This document shows positions 24,513 through 26,750 of a stretch of DNA of 26,750 nucleotides, piece after piece. The position numbers and the translations under genes were made by a program. Source of the stretch: Vulcanimicrobiaceae bacterium. Its GTDB lineage: Bacteria; Vulcanimicrobiota; Vulcanimicrobiia; Vulcanimicrobiales; Vulcanimicrobiaceae. The stretch is from NCBI GenBank assembly GCA_046262595.1, contig JBHEMM010000014.1:12938-39687 (forward strand), read 5' to 3'. Numbering within the stretch: the stretch's first letter is position 1; every line of letters begins with the position of its first letter. The notes under the pieces were generated by a model. The model searched no databases and was not told the DNA's origin. It saw nothing but the letters and a program-made list of their open reading frames with translations.

Positions 24513-25465
24513 ACGGCATCGATCTCTCGGTAACGATCGGCGATCTGGATCTGCCGTATCCGACGCTCATGGGCAGCGGCTGCTATGGATCGGGCCTGGA
24601 GTTCGCGCCGTTCGTCGATCTTGCGCTGATCGGCGGTGTGGTGCTCAAAAGCGTCACGCGTGCGCCGCGGACGGGAAACCCAACTCCGCGTCTGGTGCAA
24701 ACTCCGGCCGGAATGCTCAACGCGATCGGGCTGCAGAACCCGGGCATCGACTACTACTTGGAGCACGAAGTAGGCAAGTTCGCATCGCGGCCGTGCAAAG
24801 TGATCGGCAGCGTCGCGGGTTTCAGCGTGGACGACTATGCGTACGTCGCCGAGAAGCTGAGCGCTCGTGACGAAATTCATGCTCTCGAAGTGAACATCTC
24901 GTGTCCGAACGTCGCCGCGGAAGGCGAGACGTTCGCATGTGACCCGGCGCTTACGGCCCGCGTGGTTCGCGCGGTGCGGGCCGTGACGAAGAAAACGATT
25001 ATCGTCAAGCTTTCGCCCAACGTCACCGACATCGCGGCGATTGCGCGGGAAGCCGAGGCTGCGGGCGCCGATGCGTTGGCCGTGATCAATACGGTGCGCG
25101 GCATGGCGATCGACGTGAACGTTTGGCGTCCGCGCTTAGGCAACGTCACCGGCGGTTTGTCCGGGCCGGCGATCCGGCCGATTGCGGTCCTCGCCGTGTA
25201 CGAGGTCGCGCGCGCCGTCGGCATTCCCATCGTCGGTCAAGGCGGCATCGAAACTGCAACCGACGCGCTCGAGTTTTTTCTGGCCGGCGCAACCGCCGTT
25301 TCGATCGGCACCGCGAACTTCACCGATCCGCGCATTCCGGTGCGCATTGTGGAAGACGTTCGTGCCTATCTGCAGGCGCGCGGCTTGCGTTGCCTGCGCG
25401 ACATCGTCGGAAAAGCCAATGTCGGATTCGCGACCGCATACCAGTATGAAGGAGATGAGGGCTGA
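24509..25465 (+). CDS. pyrD: Dihydroorotate dehydrogenase class 1B catalytic subunit
   Basis: Motifs GNPTPR, MLNAIGLQNPG, EVNISCPNV, VKLSPNVTDI, INT and GGLSGPAIRP. GTG 24509 overlaps the pyrK TGA. Confidence 0.95.
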   Translation: MNGIDLSVTIGDLDLPYPTLMGSGCYGSGLEFAPFVDLALIGGVVLKSVTRAPRTGNPTPRLVQTPAGMLNAIGLQNPGIDYYLEHEVGKFASRPCKVIGSVAGFSVDDYAYVAEKLSARDEIHALEVNISCPNVAAEGETFACDPALTARVVRAVRAVTKKTIIVKLSPNVTDIAAIAREAEAAGADALAVINTVRGMAIDVNVWRPRLGNVTGGLSGPAIRPIAVLAVYEVARAVGIPIVGQGGIETATDALEFFLAGATAVSIGTANFTDPRIPVRIVEDVRAYLQARGLRCLRDIVGKANVGFATAYQYEGDEG

Positions 25466-26169
25466 TGCCGCAGCTGATCGTGGCGCTCGACGTCGCGTCC
25501 GCGCAAGAAGCGGAGCATCTCGTCGATGCGCTCTACGAGCTGGATGTGATTTTTAAAGTCGGAATGGAACCGCTTTACGGGTACGGCGACCGCCTGTTCG
25601 CGTATTTCGAAGCGCGCGACGTGCGGCATTTCATCGATGCGAAGCTGCACGATATTCCACGCACCGTGGCTGCGGCGGTCAGGCAACTCGTGCGTCAGGG
25701 GACGCACATCATCAACGTGCACGCATTGGGCGGAGCCGCAATGATGCGCGCGGCGGTCGAAGCGGCGGTGCAGCGCGCCGCCGAGCTGCCGGTGAGCCCG
25801 CCTCCCCACGTATTTGCCGTGACGGTTTTGACCAGCATGGATGCACGCGATCTGCAAGCCGTCGGATTGAGCGGGGACGCTTCAGCAAACGCGCTGCGTC
25901 TCGCGCGCCTTGCCAAAGACGCCGGCTGCGCGGGCGTCGTGTGCAGCGCGCATGAGGTGCAATCGATCAAAGCGGCGCTCGGCACGGACTTTCTGGCGCT
26001 CACGCCGGGCATTCGGCCTGCGGACGATGAGGCGCGCGACCAAAAACGCGTTGCAACTCCGCAGCAAGCCGTCCGCGCCGGCGCGGATTATCTGGTCGTC
26101 GGCCGGCCGGTAACCGAAGCTGCGGATCCGCTTGCGGCCGCGAAGTCGGTGCTGGAGGCGATGCGATGA
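25465..26169 (+). CDS. pyrF: Orotidine-5'-phosphate decarboxylase
   Basis: Motifs LIVALD, FKVG, DAKLHDIPRTV (DxKxxDI), VTVLTS, TPGIR, DQKR and VVGRP. Confidence 0.96.
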   Translation: MPQLIVALDVASAQEAEHLVDALYELDVIFKVGMEPLYGYGDRLFAYFEARDVRHFIDAKLHDIPRTVAAAVRQLVRQGTHIINVHALGGAAMMRAAVEAAVQRAAELPVSPPPHVFAVTVLTSMDARDLQAVGLSGDASANALRLARLAKDAGCAGVVCSAHEVQSIKAALGTDFLALTPGIRPADDEARDQKRVATPQQAVRAGADYLVVGRPVTEAADPLAAAKSVLEAMR

Positions 26170-26723
26170 ACTTGGAAAGCGAGCTCGTCCAGCGCGGCGC
26201 CCTGCTGGAAGGGCACTTCAGACTCAGCTCCGGGCGGCACAGCAACCGGTTCATTCAAAAGTTTCGCATTCTGGAAGATCCGGCTCTACTGGAACCGGTA
26301 GCGCGCGAGATCGCCGCCGCATTCGAGCAGGTGCGTCCGACGATCGTGGTGAGCGCCGCGGTGGGCGGCATTCTGCTCGGTTATGCAGTGGCGCGCGCGC
26401 TCGGCACCAGAGCGATCTTCGCTGAAAAAGAAAACGGCGTCCCGGTTTTGCGGCGCAATTTTCAACTCGCCGCCGGCGACCGCGTGCTGATAGTGGAGGA
26501 CGTGGTGACGACGGGCGGGTCCGTGATGGAAGTGATCGATCTCGTGCGCAAAAGCGGGGCGGCGATCGCGGGCGTGGGCATCATCGTTCAGCGCGGCGCC
26601 GCGGATTTCGGCGTGCCGACGCGCGCGTTGCTCGATATGCCGATCGTTTCATACGACGCGGCGCAGTGCCCGCAGTGCGCGGCGGACGAACCGACCTCGG
26701 ATCCCGGTTCGCGGCGCGCATGA
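26166..26723 (+). CDS. pyrE: Orotate phosphoribosyltransferase
   Basis: Motif GHFRLSSGRHS and the PRPP-binding motif VLIVEDVVTTGGS. Follows pyrF with an ATGA overlap. Confidence 0.95.
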   Translation: MNLESELVQRGALLEGHFRLSSGRHSNRFIQKFRILEDPALLEPVAREIAAAFEQVRPTIVVSAAVGGILLGYAVARALGTRAIFAEKENGVPVLRRNFQLAAGDRVLIVEDVVTTGGSVMEVIDLVRKSGAAIAGVGIIVQRGAADFGVPTRALLDMPIVSYDAAQCPQCAADEPTSDPGSRRA

Positions 26724-26750
26724 GCCGGCCGCTCGTGCGCGCGATGCAAC
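26720..26750 (+). CDS. Start of a further coupled ORF (partial, MSRPLVRAMQ...)
   Basis: ATGA overlap with the pyrE stop. Open to the window end, but too short to classify. Confidence 0.4.
   Translation, partial: MSRPLVRAMQ

Overview
A GC-rich, gene-dense bacterial chromosomal segment. The gene style suggests Candidatus Eremiobacterota/Vulcanimicrobiota, but that is my inference and was not checked. From left to right it holds: a GT4 glycosyltransferase running off the left edge, with a suspicious junction near nt 90; a secreted hypothetical protein; a leucine/isovalerate catabolic (liu) cluster; a DUF1800-DUF1501 pair; a PhaQ-like PadR regulator with an MBL hydrolase and a GNAT; an ECF sigma/anti-sigma/response regulator/histidine kinase/DUF4097 block divergent from a DUF6249-like membrane gene; a 46-aa small gene below the ORF-track cutoff; and pyrK-pyrD-pyrF-pyrE. 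The liu cluster carries two extra hydrolases. It is split by a ~5.2 kb block containing an MsrPQ-like cytochrome b/molybdoenzyme pair, an EamA transporter, an XRE regulator and three tandem paralogous membrane-anchored DUF4760-like genes. The most interesting items are the coupled paralog trio plus XRE module, back-to-back SigW-type promoters built on one near-palindrome, the strongly signalled 46-aa protein, a PhaQ-like regulator without pha genes, leaderless-type promoters, and single-arginine Tat-like signals. I saw no rRNA, tRNA, CRISPR array, transposase or integrase. All family calls come from motif recognition; no database search was run.
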